Origin: Eledone cirrhosa
Lineage: Eukaryota
Reading direction: 5' to 3'
Length of the DNA: 64,000 nucleotides
Assembly (NCBI GenBank): GCA_964016885.1
Contig: OZ024746.1
Location: forward strand, 73,284,001 to 73,348,000
Both the position numbers and the translations under genes were made by a program. Positions within the stretch are counted from its first letter, which is position 1; each line of letters starts with the position of its first letter. Below, one piece after another: positions 44,335 through 60,800 of the stretch. The notes under the pieces are model-generated. The model was not told where the DNA came from. It did no database searches and saw only the letters and a list, made by a program, of their open reading frames with translations.

Positions 44335-46040
44335 TCTCCTATTCTTTGCCCATATATTCTTAGGTGGGTCGTCATCCAACGGGTTCTGTCAGAAGCAACT
44401 GTCTCCAATTGATCCGGTTGCATCCCCAAGTGAGACTGTGGATATTATCCAACCATCTTGCTCGTGGTTTACCCCTGGGTCTCCTGGTGGCTGGTTTTGC
44501 CCGTAAAATCTGTCCAGTGATTCTTTCTTGAGATATTCTGATGACATGACCGTAGTATTGAATCTGTGATTTGTGAATTCGGTCTACTAGCGGCTCTGTC
44601 TGTAGAGACTACTTGATCTCCGAGCTACGCAAAGACCCATCAGAGGTACCCCATTTCGGTCACATGTATTCGCGGTAGAATTCTTTCGACTATTACCCAA
44701 GATACATGATTATAGGTAATGGTTGGCACTAATACCAAATTGAAGATAGTGAGTTTGGCTTTTACACCTACCTCCCTTCTGATTACTGAATGCTGAAGCT
44801 GCCGCATTACAACACCAGCTCCTGGAATTCTTGTACTTTATTCAGCCTTTCATCACATGACTCCGAGTTATTACAACATTTCCATCTGCTTCAGTGGAAC
44901 TCTACTCACGTGTACACTTCTCTGCACAGGCTTCCTTGGGAGAACAAATGTCTCGGTGTTCGGATATCCAGGCCAGCCGGCACTCACGAATCAGCCAGAA
45001 AATAACTTTTCTATTTAAGGCTTTTAACATCTCAGGCTGAATTTCATCCTTCCCATTGGCCTTGTCAGATTTCAGTTCTTTAATTGCTCTTATGACCTCA
45101 GCATTCGAGAGGGTGCATATCGCTCCTAGATGCACCTCGAGTACATCAGAGGATTCTGTTGTAATCGGGTTTAGGAGATCAGCAAAGTATTATCTTCACC
45201 TCGCGAGTATGCCCCTCTCTGAAAAAAGAAGAACCTCTGATACATTCCTGATTACAGGCGTGTAGCGGGACTTCTTATTACGAAACCGGTGGATGGTCTA
45301 CCAGAATACTTTATTTGCTGATCAAAAGTCGTATTCCAGCTTAACCCCAAAGTTCTCCCATATCTTAACGTTGTACCGCAAGTGCAAGAAAGAGGACTTA
45401 ATTCTAAGCCAAGCTTTGTTTGCCTCTTCTTTTTCTCGGATGACACCTTTAACTTCCTTATCGAATCAAAGAGTCCTTCTGCCAACTGGTTCCATGCCAA
45501 GTCTCTTTCACCCAAGCCATTTAACGGTTGAAGTTTCAACGTCCTTAGTTTGCCCAGGGTGTTCTCTGAATTTGGTTGCAATAGTATCTGCATGCCTGGT
45601 CCTGACAGCCTTATCTGCCAGTGCTTTCCACTTTATCTTGTAGGTCGAGCTGACGCTGCTAGTTTTGCAGGGTTTCTTGACTTTATTAGTCTCAGATTGC
45701 AAATAACTAGATGGTGGTCAGTTGACAGCTCAGCCCCTCTCTTACCACGGACATCTAGCACAGAAACGAAAAGATCAAAGTCATTAAAAAAACAATTACT
45801 TATCTGTGTCTCCGGTTTCTCTTATACCATGTGTATTTATGGAAATCCTTTTGCTGGAATGTATTCATAACAGAGATCCCATTACTATAACAGAAATCTA
45901 ATAAGGTCTCTCCATTCGTATTTAGATTTGGACGCCGTTCTTTCCAATCACTCCTTTCCATATAAGGTAGTTAGTGCGAACCTGTGCATTGAAGACTCCC
46001 ATCAGTACATATGGTTCAGTCTTAACTTCATTTAACGCTG
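44335..46040 (-). mobile_element. Decayed RTE-clade LINE (APE endonuclease + internally deleted RT)
   Basis: MGVFNAQV, LDVRGKRGAELSTDHHLVICNL, EVIRAIKELKSDKANGKDEIQPEMLKAL, RPRGKPRARWLDNI. Confidence 0.85.
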
Positions 46041-47503
46041 CAGGGAATATATATTAAAGACCGTCGCAATCATGATTACATTCTACACAAGGTGTTCTTG
46101 TTTTAAGACGCTATGATGGGATTTGAGGAAGATTTGATTGTTATATTTTGTTGTTTTTCAAATACCACTTTGGAAGAAGAATCAGGATGGAGAGAGAGGT
46201 GCTGTACCCCAGCAAGTTTTATGAAAGGTGGGTGAAAGTGGCGAGAATGGCCCGAGTGAATGTGCCTTCACTCTATATCAGCCTGTAGGTTGAGGAAAAG
46301 GAGGAGGAGAGGAAAGGAGTACAAACTCTTCGTACTCCTGGAGATGAGGGTTGCACATTTTTTCGGGGGTATGTGTTACCCATATAAACTGTCTCCCTCT
46401 ATTGGGGAAAATCGACTAACTTTTTAAATTGCATTTGCGATAACATTTTACACGTTTTTATTGTATGTAAACTTCCCCCTTTGTATTTGTCCCCTTCTTT
46501 TGTGCCCCTGTGGCTAATAAAGAAACATATATGTTGTTGGTTAAGCGAGTTCAGAGTGACTTCCAATTTTTTGTTGTTGTTTCGCATGAGGCTATTCCTA
46601 ATCGTAGAGACCGATAACGAAAGACATTCCAGTCTTTTATTCAATCATATTCTATCTAGAATTATATACTAGTACCTTTTATATGATAGTAACTTATAGC
46701 TAGTTATGCATAATATAGATAAGCTAGGATAGAACTCTGTGTATGCGTGATGTATGTATGTATGTGTTTGTTTTATTCTGGTTTTATTATTTTATAAATT
46801 TTCACCAATAGTTGACTTACCCCTAACCCCTAAACTGCAAGCCTTGTCTATTATTACAGACTACTGGACCAGTGCCTTCAATAAATACGGAAATAGTAAT
46901 GAATGCACTTATTTTTTGGAGTCCAGGATTGGTATGCCATATATATCAGGATTACTGAATATAAGAACAATCATACAAACATCACAACACCACCTGAGAT
47001 CAGTTTGACAATCGCCACCGACGAATGCGAGAAAGTTCTCTAGGAAAATCATTAAAACTAGGAAATTTGGGTGTTAATAAATTAATGGTTTGCATAAGAA
47101 AATCCCTACAGTTTATTTTGATTAATGACACGTGGAAAATATAAATATTTTAATAATTTATTTCTAAGATATAATTATATAAATGTTTAGCAAGTATGTA
47201 CAAATGACATGCAAGATCAAATGTATGTGTAACTATGGAGAAATAATTAATTACAGGGATAATGAACTCATATAGAAAATGTATTGTCTATGTGTGCGTA
47301 TGGTTGTGTGTATGTAAATTTTAGAGTTACAGCTGGATATATATATACATATACGAAGAAGAGTTTAAATATTCATTTGTTATGGCTAAGCAGTGAGTCT
47401 TGCTACAGTAAAGAGAACATTTTTGGAGAGGCATTAAATATCATTTAATTAGAATTTTAATTCATGAAGTATACTTACATATACTTTATAAAGTGACTCG
47501 TAC

Positions 47504-47538
<35 letters not shown>

Positions 47539-47559
47539 TGTAGATTTTCACAGTCTCAC

Positions 47560-47599
<40 letters not shown>

Positions 47600-47607
47600 A
47601 CACACAC

Positions 47608-47755
<148 letters not shown>

Positions 47756-48399
47756 CAAATAATTATGGTTAGCCTGTCACTACTTTAATTGCCTTAACAT
47801 TTCCAGATTACTTCTTAGAATTACTAACATAACCAAAGGCTTCAAAAATTATCGGTATAATATGGATTTATGTCTGAGTAGAGAGGTTCTAGGTTTCAAA
47901 ACAGTTGAAGATAATTATTCTTTTTCTTGATGATTTTGAAAAAACTGTTCACATCTATAGAGAAAGTTCAAGTGCATATTGTTTTCTTTGCTGCTATGTT
48001 AGCATGTTTTTATGACAATGCTCTTCCAATATACTTTCTATTAATACGAATATATCTATTCAACAACAGAATTATTCTCTATATTTATTCAAGCGTATAC
48101 TTTCTCGAGGATGGCATTGTATATTGTTTGAGATATAACACCATTCTGCATACGAACGTAATACCATGGTGACGTTTTTTTGGCAACTGTTGATCACAAA
48201 TGTAATATCTTTCCCAAAAATATGACAATATTGATATTTTCAGTTGCATCTTGAGGATCGAAATGCGTAACTATCTCTTTGTTTATATGTATGTATGTGT
48301 GTATGTATATGCATGTATGCATGAATGTATGTATGTATGCATGTATGTATGTATATGTATGCATGCGAGTGTCAGTCTGTTTGTCTGTCATGTATGTAT

Positions 48400-49180
<781 letters not shown>

Positions 49181-50378
49181 ATCAATTTCTAGTTGACATG
49201 TATTAATGTATGTACATATATATGCATGTTTGAATGTATGAATGTATGTATGTATACATGCATATATGTATGAAGGTATAATTGTATAAGAAATGGCAAG
49301 GTCCTCTTTAGGAGTGGGTTTTTATACTGTGATATGCGGCGTGTGGGAGTCGTTCAAACGCATTGTCGATATAGTCTTATGTTCATGTAATTTCTTACGA
49401 TACCGAACTTTCTCCATTACTGCTTGTAATTGGCATTTACCGGCAATCATGTTACGCGTGAGTGCCTTTCGCTAGTAGTTCCTATACAATTTAGGTGTTT
49501 CGTGAATTTATATTCACTTTGCATCTGATAATAGTGGCCAATTATCCGTTATTTTTCTGGAGTATGTCGATTTTCATTATATTTTTTTTAGAAAGAGAGA
49601 AGTAATCCATTTTGATTTGGGATTATACTTTGTACCTATCTCTCTTACTCCTAATCGTTTGGGAATGTTTACTGCAAAACACTACAGTAGGACATTCAAT
49701 GTCCAAAACCTGGGAGCTTCAATGTTATCTTACGTATTCTTGATTTCTTCACACGTTAAGTAACTTGTCCGCATAATGGTAACAGCATCTTGTTAGTGGT
49801 TTTATTTTGATTATATTTCAAGGTTTTTCACAATTTCTTTCGGGGGAAGAGTTGACAAATACTTTTATTTGCCGGTTATATTTTTTGCTTTGTAAGGTAG
49901 GATGTTTCCTCTACGAACGGGGATTGCTGGTGCAGTTGCTTGACTGTGAATTTGGAATACTTTGGATATTTTAAATCCTAATTGCTATTCTTTCTTTTCA
50001 TATTGCCAGAGACTTGCCGTGGCTTTTTATTTTATAGATTTGATATAGCTTGAATCCTGTTTTACTATGGTGTATGTTATAGTACGGCTGTGAATTGGTA
50101 GAGTCATTAGAAAAATGCTTTGCGGTATTCGTTCAGCTCTATGCGCTCTGAGCTCAATTCCTGCCAAGGTCAACGTTGCATTTTGGAAGTTAATAAAATA
50201 TCAATCTAGTACTGGGATATATATTTCTTCTATATATCTTTCTTACTTTCTCTGATTCTCTGGAAGAAATCGACTGTGTTAGGACCTGGAGAAGATGGGC
50301 TCCGCCAGGTTTAATGTGCCCCCAAATTGCTGTGTTACAACAGTGTCCCTACTACTCAACCAGGAATTATGAGTCCAT

Positions 50379-50417
<39 letters not shown>

Positions 50418-50487
50418 TACATACATACATACATACATACATACATACATACATACATACATACATACATACATACATACATACATA

Positions 50488-51705
50488 CATGTTTGCTGTG
50501 CCTGTCCTAACACCAACGTTTGGAATACTCAATTGGACGATAGACGAAATCCGAGCAGTTGATGTTGGAACTAGAAAAATACTAAACAACACCGGAAACT
50601 TCCACATCAACAGTGACATAGACCGCCTCTACTTGAAACGCAAGCAGGGAGGCAGAGGCCTAACATCAGTCCAGACAGCATTTGAATGTCGCATCATATC
50701 TCTCCGACAGCATCTACGAACCTCGAAGCGTAGGAGCCCGTCTCTCGAGCAAGTCTATCTGCATGAAACAGATAAGATCATGAGAGTTGGGAAGGAACTC
50801 CTCAAGAGATATTCCCTGTGAGATAATCTAAAACTCACACACAAGGAAGTCGCTCAGCAGTATCGCAGTGAATCCATGGATGAAAAACTGCATGCTTATC
50901 AGCAAAAAATCATGCATGGATATGTTGCCAGGAAGCTCCAGAGTGAGAGTAATATAGATAAGGAAAGTAGTCTATCTTGGACTAACAACCGCTATATTGG
51001 CTCCCACTTTGAAGGATACGCTTTTGCAATCCAAGAAGAGGAGATTAACAAAAAATACCTGATTCACAAAAGAGATACGGATGCAGGCAAAACACCTAGA
51101 TGTGATAACAAGTGCAGACTCTGCAGAACTAACATCGAGGATATCACCCATGTCATCAGCAGCTGTCCAAAGATGTCATCGTGGTACTATCTACCTATGA
51201 GGCATGATGTAGTGGCTAAAACACTGTACAATGCAGTTCGTAAAAAAGATAGCTCCGATAATAAACACATTAAAATCTACAGCAATGTGGAAGACATCCA
51301 TTACATAATATGAAAGAGTACTGGTGGAATGTTCCAGTAAAAACCCTAATAAAATGCAGGCATAACAGACCAGATATTATGATATGGGACAGGGAGAAGA
51401 AAGCATGCACAGTAGTGGAAATTAGCTGCCCAGCAGATGCCAATATGATATCAAAGATTAGCGAAAAGGAGAATATTTATGCAGAACTGATGAGAAATCT
51501 GCAGATACTCCACCCTAATTACACCTTCAGATTTATACCTGTGATTATTGGGGCACTGAGATATATTAGTAACTGCCTCAATACAAATCTTGAGAAGCTA
51601 GGCTTCACAGGAACAGAAAGAACACAACTAGTTAGGAAATTACAAGTACAATCCATTAATGGAACAGTAAAAATATGTAAAACATTCCAAAATAACTTTC
51701 AATGA
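50488..51705 (+). mobile_element. R4/Dong-clade RLE LINE fragment (RT C-terminus, CCHC knuckle, RLE) starting directly after (CATA)n
   Basis: ORFs 50327/50876/51310: PVLTPTFGILNW...RLYLKRKQGGRGL, CRLCRTNIEDITHVISSCP, RHDVV, HNRPDIMIWD...EISCPAD...K; same family as 20073-22028. Confidence 0.93.
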
Positions 51706-52729
51706 AAATAAGAAACTTTTGAGATTTGTATTAATAGCAAACATTATAGGGGATAGTATTCATTATACAAAAACCAAAGAAGATGCTCTCTTATGCAGAC
51801 GCCATTGTATTCAACGCTAAGTTTTTGTGTATGCATGCATTTATGTATGTATGCGTATATTTATGTACGTACATATGTGTCTGTATATATGCATGTATAC
51901 ATGTCTGTCAGTCTGTCTGTCCGTCTGTATATATGTATGGATGAATGGATGTGAATGTGAATGTTTTCTTTGAGAATGATTTTAGTTCTTCTCAGAATCT
52001 AAGCCAGTCTCTAAGAAAGTTGCAGGAGCCTTTGGTTTAAGTCAAGAGAGTTACAAGGATTTGTAAACACATGAGTTACTGTGCACGTATATGTAGGTGT
52101 GTGTACTTGCACTCATATTATGTGTGAACATGTCTCTTTAGTCCATAAGTGTTTGTGTGCATACGTGTGCACGCGCGCGTATTTATGTTTGTATCTGTGC
52201 GTGGGTTTTGTTACTTTTCATGTATTCATGTCTATGTCATGTGCACTCATATGCTTGCGTGCATATTTTCATTGCGGGAAACTCAAATGGAGAATGTTGG
52301 GAATGTCTTGCAGATCTCTACCGTACTAACAATCTAATAGAATTAGAGAATGCAAGTTTATTTGATTTGCTATTACGTGAAAACCTCTATCATTTCCAGA
52401 TTCTTATGCAAATGCTTTGTTACATAACCCACTGCATCTAAGATATTAGGTACAAATGGAAATATTTTGCCTGGATACAAGAGCTGTTGGATCCTCATTA
52501 GCTCACTATAATTGTTTTCTTTTTTCTATGTGAATATATTCGCATGTATGTATGTATGTGTGTATGTATGCATGTGTGTATGTATGTGTGTAGTGTGTAT
52601 GTGTGTATGTATGCATGTATGTATGTGTGTGTGTATCGCTATGTATGTAAATATGTAAGTATGTATGATGTATGTATGCATGTAAGTATATATGTATGAG
52701 TATGTATATATGTGCGTGCGTGGATGCAA

Positions 52730-52960
52730 CATAGCCGAATGTTTAAGAAGTTCGCTTTGCTATCATAAGGTGTCGGGTTCATATCACTGCATAGCATCCT
52801 GAGCAAGTGCCATTTACCATAGCCTCGGTAAATGTATCATTCTGAATTATATTAAAGGTACACGTGTCTGTTGAATTCTCAGCCACTACCAAGTAAATTT
52901 CATGAATAGGCTGTTCTGTTAATCGAACAGCGAGTACACTCTTCGTTGGAACTGACGGAG
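52730..52960 (+). mobile_element. CORE-type SINE, diverged
   Basis: Head plus CCTGAGCAAGTGCCATTTACCATAGCCTCGG; matches 3445-3760. Confidence 0.65.
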
Positions 52961-53239
52961 GTGTGAGTCTAATGCTCTATATATTATATCAATATAAGTC
53001 ACAACTGGCAATGACTTTCTCCGCGGTAGTCTCGTGATGTTGAGATAGGATTAAACATCACCAAATCTCACCTATCTCTATAACCCCGACGCTTTATTTC
53101 TTCGGCTCTTAAAGAAAATAGCGAGAATAGTGAAACCTGATCAATCAAACTGCGTTATTATGCTTTCGACTAAACACGTATTTTCGAGTTCAACCCAACA
53201 AAAGACAACTATATCCTTCATATCAACCTAGCCCACATT

Positions 53240-53380
53240 ACCTCCACCACCACCACCACCGCCGCCACTGAAATCCTCATCTCAACTTACCACCAGCACC
53301 ACCAACTGTCGTCACCATCACCAACACCGTCATCACCACCACCACTACCAACACCACCACCAACAACAACAACAACAACC

Positions 53381-53431
<51 letters not shown>

Positions 53432-53432
53432 C
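53240..53432 (+). repeat. (CAC)n/(CAA)n microsatellite
   Basis: Direct inspection. Confidence 0.93.
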
Positions 53433-54129
53433 AAGAACAAGTTACGTTCCTTCATTATACAATTTATTGGATAACAACTACCTAATCATCATAAAACTGG
53501 TGAAAGAAAAAAAAGATAATTTATGAATGAAGGAAATATGAACGAGAACTGGAAAGAAAGAAAGAAAAAAAATGAAGAAAAATAGAAAAAATGGGGAAAA
53601 AAAATGAATATAAAAAATTAAAGAGTGGAAGAAAAAATGAAACAAAAATAGAAAATACGAAGGAAATGAGAAAGAATGGTCGGAAGAAAAGGGAAGAAAG
53701 AAAGAAAACAAAAAAAAATGAATGAAAGAAATAAAAAATAAAACAGGATATATGAATGAAATGTGAGAGAAAGAATGAACATATAGATAGAAGAAAGAAA
53801 TAAAAAATAAAAAATGAAAGAAAGAAGACAACGAATAAAATAGAGAAAGAAAACCAGAAAGAGGCAAATGAAATTGTTATTCTCCTTAGAATTCTGTTAT
53901 GGCATTGGTGGAATATCTGGTAGAAACGTGCTTAACATGGGTATTACAAAACGGCTTAGATATTATTGATGAGTGTGACTATGGAATAATATATGTATAT
54001 ATATATACATATATATGGAATATATATGTATATATACATATGTATATATATATATGGATATATATATATATGTATATATGTATATATATATATATATATA
54101 TGTAATATATATATATATATGTATATATG

Positions 54130-54231
<102 letters not shown>

Positions 54232-54289
54232 CATAGATGCACGTGACAAAATAGAAAGATGGATTGGAATGAGAAGAGGGATTAAATGC

Positions 54290-54405
54290 AAGAAGAAGAA
54301 GAAGAAGAAGAAGAAGAAGAAGAAGAAGAAGAAGAAGAAGAAGAAGAAGAAGAAGAAGAAGAAGAAGAAGAAGAAGAAGAAGAAGAAGAAGAAGAAGAAG
54401 AAGAA
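54290..54405 (+). repeat. (AAG)n microsatellite
   Basis: Direct inspection. Confidence 0.97.
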
Positions 54406-54642
54406 CTGCAACAGCAATAACAATATGATGAATGCATAGTGCCATTGTTTTTAGTTAAGGTTATTTTAATTCAATTTAATATGACGTAATAATCCTATTG
54501 ATAATAATGTCAGCTTTTAAACACAAAATGAGGATTAAAATGTTGTTAACATATTTAATGCAAGGAGAATTAAATAGCTAACTAGAAATAATTTTTTATT
54601 TATGGATTGATATTTTATTTATTTCAGCAAGTACGGGAAACA

Positions 54643-54686
54643 ATTTCAAGCATGTTTCTGTCTCTTAATGACCTCGTCAGTGAAAT
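54643..54686 (-). ncRNA. Minimal hammerhead motif with mutated cleavage triplet
   Basis: atttca-CTGACGA-ggtcattaagagaca-GAAAC-at-GCT-tgaaat; 6-bp helix I; U16.1->C. Confidence 0.6.
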
Positions 54687-54779
54687 ATATACTTCACTGT
54701 TTGTGTGTCACTGTTTACTGCGTTTAAGAGTCAGAAAAGAAATGAATCAGAAGTGGCAGCTTGACAAAATGATGTGAAA

Positions 54780-55680
54780 AAATTGTACAAAATGATCAGA
54801 ATATTGAGACAAGAGGTTTGCCAATTCACTAAATGCGCCTGTCACGAAAAAACAACAGCAAAACAAAGCAAGAATGTAAAAACGCTCTTAACCACAGAAA
54901 AGAGATCATCCATGGAGTAGAACACTTCCAGTAGTTATTGAGCCAACCATTTCCAGCAGTAGTCCTTAACTGTCAAGATGAAATCTATCAATTTCAGTTG
55001 GATGTAGCGGTGGGAAATATCTGCAAAGTAGACAAAGCGATTAAGGCACTGAAAACCAACAATGATGCTAGTCTAAACCTGATACTAGCTCAGCTGCTAA
55101 AGCATAGAAGCCAAAGTGCTGTAACACCACTGACCAAACTGCTGAACTACCGTTAACAACTGTACGTCACAGGAGCATGGCATTAATGTGGAAATACAGT
55201 CGATTGTAATTATTGGTGTGGAAGTACACAGTTGTCAGTTCTTGGAAGTATTTTGCAGCGTGCTACTACAATGGACTCATGATGCGATTGATGCAAGATT
55301 ACAGGAATATCAGAAAGGATTCAGACAAGAGTAGTCTTCCTGTGAACAAATAAGAATATTGTCAAGCAGTGTCAGCAACTCCAGAGACCATTGTCAATAA
55401 ATTTTATTGGCTGTAAAGAGCAATCAAGAGACTATTGAACATCACAAAAACTACATCGTAATCTCTAGAAATTTGGTTGCTGTGGGAAGACAGAAAATGG
55501 CAGCACTATATATTTTGACAAAACCACCTCATTAAGGGTGTATTATGGCACTAATCCTCTTTCTTCTAATCATGAATTTTATCATGAAAAAGGCAGCCGA
55601 CATCAATTAATATGATATCCAGAGGAAAGACCAAAGACGGTTTATTTATCTAGACTTCGCAGGTTATATTGAATTGCTGA
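54780..55680 (+). pseudogene. Highly decayed RTE-like LINE RT
   Basis: VDKAIKALKTNNDASLNLILAQLLK...LTKLLN, DCNYW and LDFA fragments. Confidence 0.6.
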
Positions 55681-56045
55681 TGCCTGAGTGAAATTCGACA
55701 GAAAATGAAAGCAGAGAAGTCATGACGGGGAATATCACTGTAATGGTTGAGAAACGGATTATCAAATCCTGAGCTGATTCTAGGAATTTGATAGTGTTCT
55801 GTCTGAAGAAGCTGACGGTGAAATATATTTCAAACGCAACAGTATGATACCAGTATTTGGGCGAGTGCACAAAATCTGGTTCATTAACGCAATATTCATC
55901 CATACGAACATCCTCCTGTACTGGGCCAAAGTACTATGAACAACACAATATGCAAGTGGAACGTGAAAGAAAACATCAACATTTCACCAAAGATTAGATG
56001 CCTTTTACCAACGTTGCTTGAAACAAAACAAGATATATGCATTTG

Positions 56046-56079
<34 letters not shown>

Positions 56080-56085
<6 letters not shown>

Positions 56086-57270
56086 CGAAACATAAGTCAA
56101 TTGCATGAACTCATAATCCTTTATTTACTGCTATATATTTCGATGATAGCCATTGAATGGCTATGACCTTATCAGGCAGTTAGTCAGTTCTTAGATATGC
56201 CAGCTCTGTGTTTATAGTGTTGATGGTATCAGAGCCTTGGGACACATGTATATATAGTGAAAGAATGAAGAGTAACATGGTTGGCTGTACAAAATTCGTA
56301 GGTAGTAAAATATTTTAAACTTATAGCCTCGTTTAAATGATTTTTTGTGTGGTTGATTATGCTGATTGGGAGAAGAAATACTGTATATATATTTTCTTCA
56401 GTTGCACTAACTTAATTTTGGATGAAATCTCTGAGAAATTTTTAATTAAATATTTGGGGGAAATGTTAAAGGAATTTTTGTTAAAGAAATGTTTAGGAAA
56501 ATTATTGATGAAATTTTGGGGAAATATTTTGATGAAATTTTTATGGTATTTTTAAGGACTTTTGGGGGAAACTTTTGATGAAATGTTTGGTGAAATATTG
56601 AGATTTATGAGTTAATTTAATTTCTTGCGTGTGCTACATACATTATGTGTAACGAGAGGTGAGACGAGTAAAGCGATAAAGTCTGCTAGGGAGTAAAGGG
56701 TTGGAAAGCAGATTATATTTATTTTCCTACTTTTACGTGTATTTTCCTACTTTTTACGTGTATTTTGTGAACATACTTAATTTGAAGCCGCTATGGTACT
56801 GCTCTATAAAATCTATCTGATTGGGGAAAATTTGAGAGATCCTACGGCTAATGTTAGAGACAGGATTTTTAAAGATTATTGGAGGAATACATCGATGTTG
56901 ATTATTGGAAGGATCCTCTGGGTTGGATTTTTAACCCAGGTAGACTCGTTTGTGAAAAGGAGGGCCTTGCTGATGTTTATAACTTCCATTTCTTGATCTG
57001 TGGTTGAACCAAGCCGATAGCTAATAGTGAACAAGCGTGGGAGTGGTAAATATCTGTTACAGCGCATTGTGTAAACCTGGCTTCTTTTCGCTGGGAGGAT
57101 ATTGAACCAACCTATTGCTGAAGAAGTTTTCTTCCACTGTAATAAGTTAGTGCTATTCTTGGTATCTATATCTGTCTCTCAATAATTTCTTACACGTCTT
57201 TGGCTTCGATATTAATTTCATTATGAGTACTACATTTTGCCGCCGAGTATTTGTTAATAATATTATCTAA
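56080..57270 (-). mobile_element. Decayed, internally deleted Naiad-type PLE
   Basis: QWKKTSSAIGWFNILP, EMEVINISKALLFTNESTWVK and NISRRISQI; hammerhead at the 3' end. Confidence 0.7.
56127..56180 (-). ncRNA. Hammerhead motif at the 3' end of a decayed PLE
   Basis: actgc-CTGATAA-ggtcatagccat tca atggctatcatc-GAAA-tat-ATA-gcagt; G8->A change. Confidence 0.6.
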
Positions 57271-57315
57271 GAGCTTAATATATATATATCCTTATCTACT
57301 TCATATAAGTTTTTA

Positions 57316-58257
57316 TCTATATATATAAAACTGAGGATGTCTGTCTGTGTGTGTGTGAGTTTGAATCCCTAAAACTCTAGAAACACCCAACCGACTCTTT
57401 TCAAACTTTACGCATGTAATACTTATGTTTCAGGGAGTGTTCTAAGCAAAAAATGTTCAAATTTTCAATGCCCTAGGGATCGCATTAGGCGATTTAGAGA
57501 TCTCTCTCTATAATTCTTGGTCTTTCTCTTTTTAGATACATACATATAACGTCGCGCCCTTATAATATCTGTCTGCATTACGTCACTTCCCTGAGGATGT
57601 CTGTGTGTGTGGATGTGCATGTGTGTGTATGTGTGTGTGTGTGTGAGTGCGTCTGTGAGTTTGAATCCCTAAAACTCGAGAAGTACCCAACCGATTTTTT
57701 TCAGACTTTATATGTGTATTACTTATGTTTCGGGGAGTGTTTTACACATAAAGAAATTCAACTTTTTGATCTCCTAGGGCCCGCATTAGGTGAAAAACTG
57801 CGCTTTTAAGCATTTTAGGAGTTTTTTTTTAGGCGTTACGTCAGACCGATTTCCTTGAAATTGTAACTATGTATTAGTCAGTCTCTTCTTCATACCGTGA
57901 GCAAAGAAAATCAAACTTTTTTTATGGCCTAGGGGCCGCATTAGGTGAAAAACTTCATTTTTTCAGCTTCTTAGGGCTTTTTGGAGCCGTTACGTCTAGC
58001 CGATTTTCCCGAAATTTCAAGGCATATTATGCACATAAAAAAAATTCATTTTCCTGATCCCCTAGGGTCCGCATTAGGTGAAAACCTGCATTTTTCCTGC
58101 TTCATCGAGGAAAATCTTAAAGATTATCCAGCCATCAGAGTATTGGGTTTATTTTCTTTACATATTATCCAGGCATGCAGTTTTTCCATGATTAGATCTG
58201 TTGGCGGCCCGCGTTCCAAAATACCTTATCCCGTGCAACGCCGGGTACCACTGCTAG
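57316..58257 (+). mobile_element. Non-autonomous Helitron
   Basis: 5' A|TCTATATATATAAAACTGAG; 3' hairpin cccg-tgcaacgc-cggg followed by CTAG|T; no TSD; internal duplications. Confidence 0.82.
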
Positions 58258-58597
58258 TTTTAAATAAAAAGACAGAAACATCTCTCTCGAATTTAATCTT
58301 ACTTATGTTATGAGAAAGTTTAGTTTGAAAATGGTTATAGTACTTACAGAAATTGATATTATTAATCATATGTAATAAGTTGGATACGAAGTTGGCAAGG
58401 TCTCTAACCAGAGGAGGATATTTGAATGACTTTATGTTACAATAGTCGATGACAAAGTAACTCTCCATCGAATAGGTGTGCCTTCCGCCTCAATCTGCAA
58501 ACGAATACATGCATACACACACATACATACATATGTATACATATGTACGTGTATATATATATATATATATATAATATTTATATATATATATACATAC

Positions 58598-58665
<68 letters not shown>

Positions 58666-58792
58666 TTATATTCCGGCTCTGTAAAACATCTCATGTGTTT
58701 ATATGATAATAAGGTAGTAATAAATTTCTGACCTTTCCTGTTTATAGTTGTATATAGTGTATACATAACTATAAATAATATTTTACGTCCCA

Positions 58793-58914
58793 TTATGATC
58801 TGAGTTCAAATCCCGCCGAGGTTGACTTTGCCTTTCATCCTTACGGGGTCGATAAAATAAAGTACCAGTAATGCACTGGATAATTGCTGGCCTTGTGCCT
58901 AAAGTAAAAACAAT
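58793..58914 (+). mobile_element. Truncated Meta-type SINE
   Basis: Family core and tail. Confidence 0.88.
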
Positions 58915-58967
58915 TATATATATATATTGTTATGCTTTGGGAGGGTCATGTTGCAAATTCAGAAACG

Positions 58968-59796
<829 letters not shown>

Positions 59797-59861
59797 TATA
59801 CCATGTGTAAAATAGTGTAAATCACTATTTTACACATTCACTTACTCACCATGATAACTTC

Positions 59862-59968
59862 AATCCCGCCGAGGTTAACTTTGCCTTTCATCCTTACGGG
59901 GTCGATAAAATAAAGTACCAGTAATGTACTGGGTAATTGCTGGCCTTGTGCCAAAAGTAGAAACAATT
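59862..59968 (+). mobile_element. Truncated Meta-type SINE with TSD
   Basis: ataacttcaa on both sides. Confidence 0.88.
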
Positions 59969-60162
59969 ATAACTTCAACTACCACCACAACTACTACTAT
60001 TATCAGCAACCGCATTTTGTACTTAGTTTTTACTTATTTTTTACATCTTTATCATTTTCATTTTCACTTCTTTATTATTATCTTTTATTATTGATGTTAT
60101 TGTTTTCATTCACTTGATTCTCCGATGTATCTATAAATACCAATGCCATGTGTTACACCCTC

Positions 60163-60270
60163 CAGTATTCCGATGATTTGATCAGAGACACACACTGTAT
60201 TTAAGGTCGAGTGACGCAACTTCGAGCGGCCATTAGACTCACCTGATCAACGAAACAATTGTTAATGCTG
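60163..60270 (+). ncRNA. Hammerhead motif with 75-nt helix II
   Basis: cagtatt-CCGATGA-tttgatcag...ctgatcaac-GAAAC-aatt-GTT-aatgctg; U4->C change. Confidence 0.7.
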
Positions 60271-60483
60271 TAAATAAAACCCTTTTTGTACAGCCGACCA
60301 TGTTATTCTTCACTCTTTAACTACTATTACTCTAAGAATGACCTGCATGGGAATTCTCGCAAACTCGCTACCTAACTATGGAAACCTCTTGTTGAGTCAA
60401 ACAACGCCGTACGTTAAAACTATCCATAGTACTCACAAGTACTCACAACCTCTAACTGGATTACCTAAAACGATAACTTGTTA

Positions 60484-60590
<107 letters not shown>

Positions 60591-60800
60591 CATATGTATA
60601 TACATTCATATATACACATACATATATGTATATATATATACATATACATACATACATAATGGCTGCCCCCTCGTTATCGAGTATGGCCATTGCACGATAT
60701 ACTATTATTAATAATTATTAAATAAATTAGGTCTCTTTACGGTCTGAGTTCAAATCCCGTCGAGGTTAACTTTGCCTTTCATCCTTACGGGGTCGATAAA

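Noticed and set aside
49290-50060. Possible decayed PLE on the minus strand
   Set aside because: Only a weak CIGTT-like motif; too degenerate to call without a profile search.
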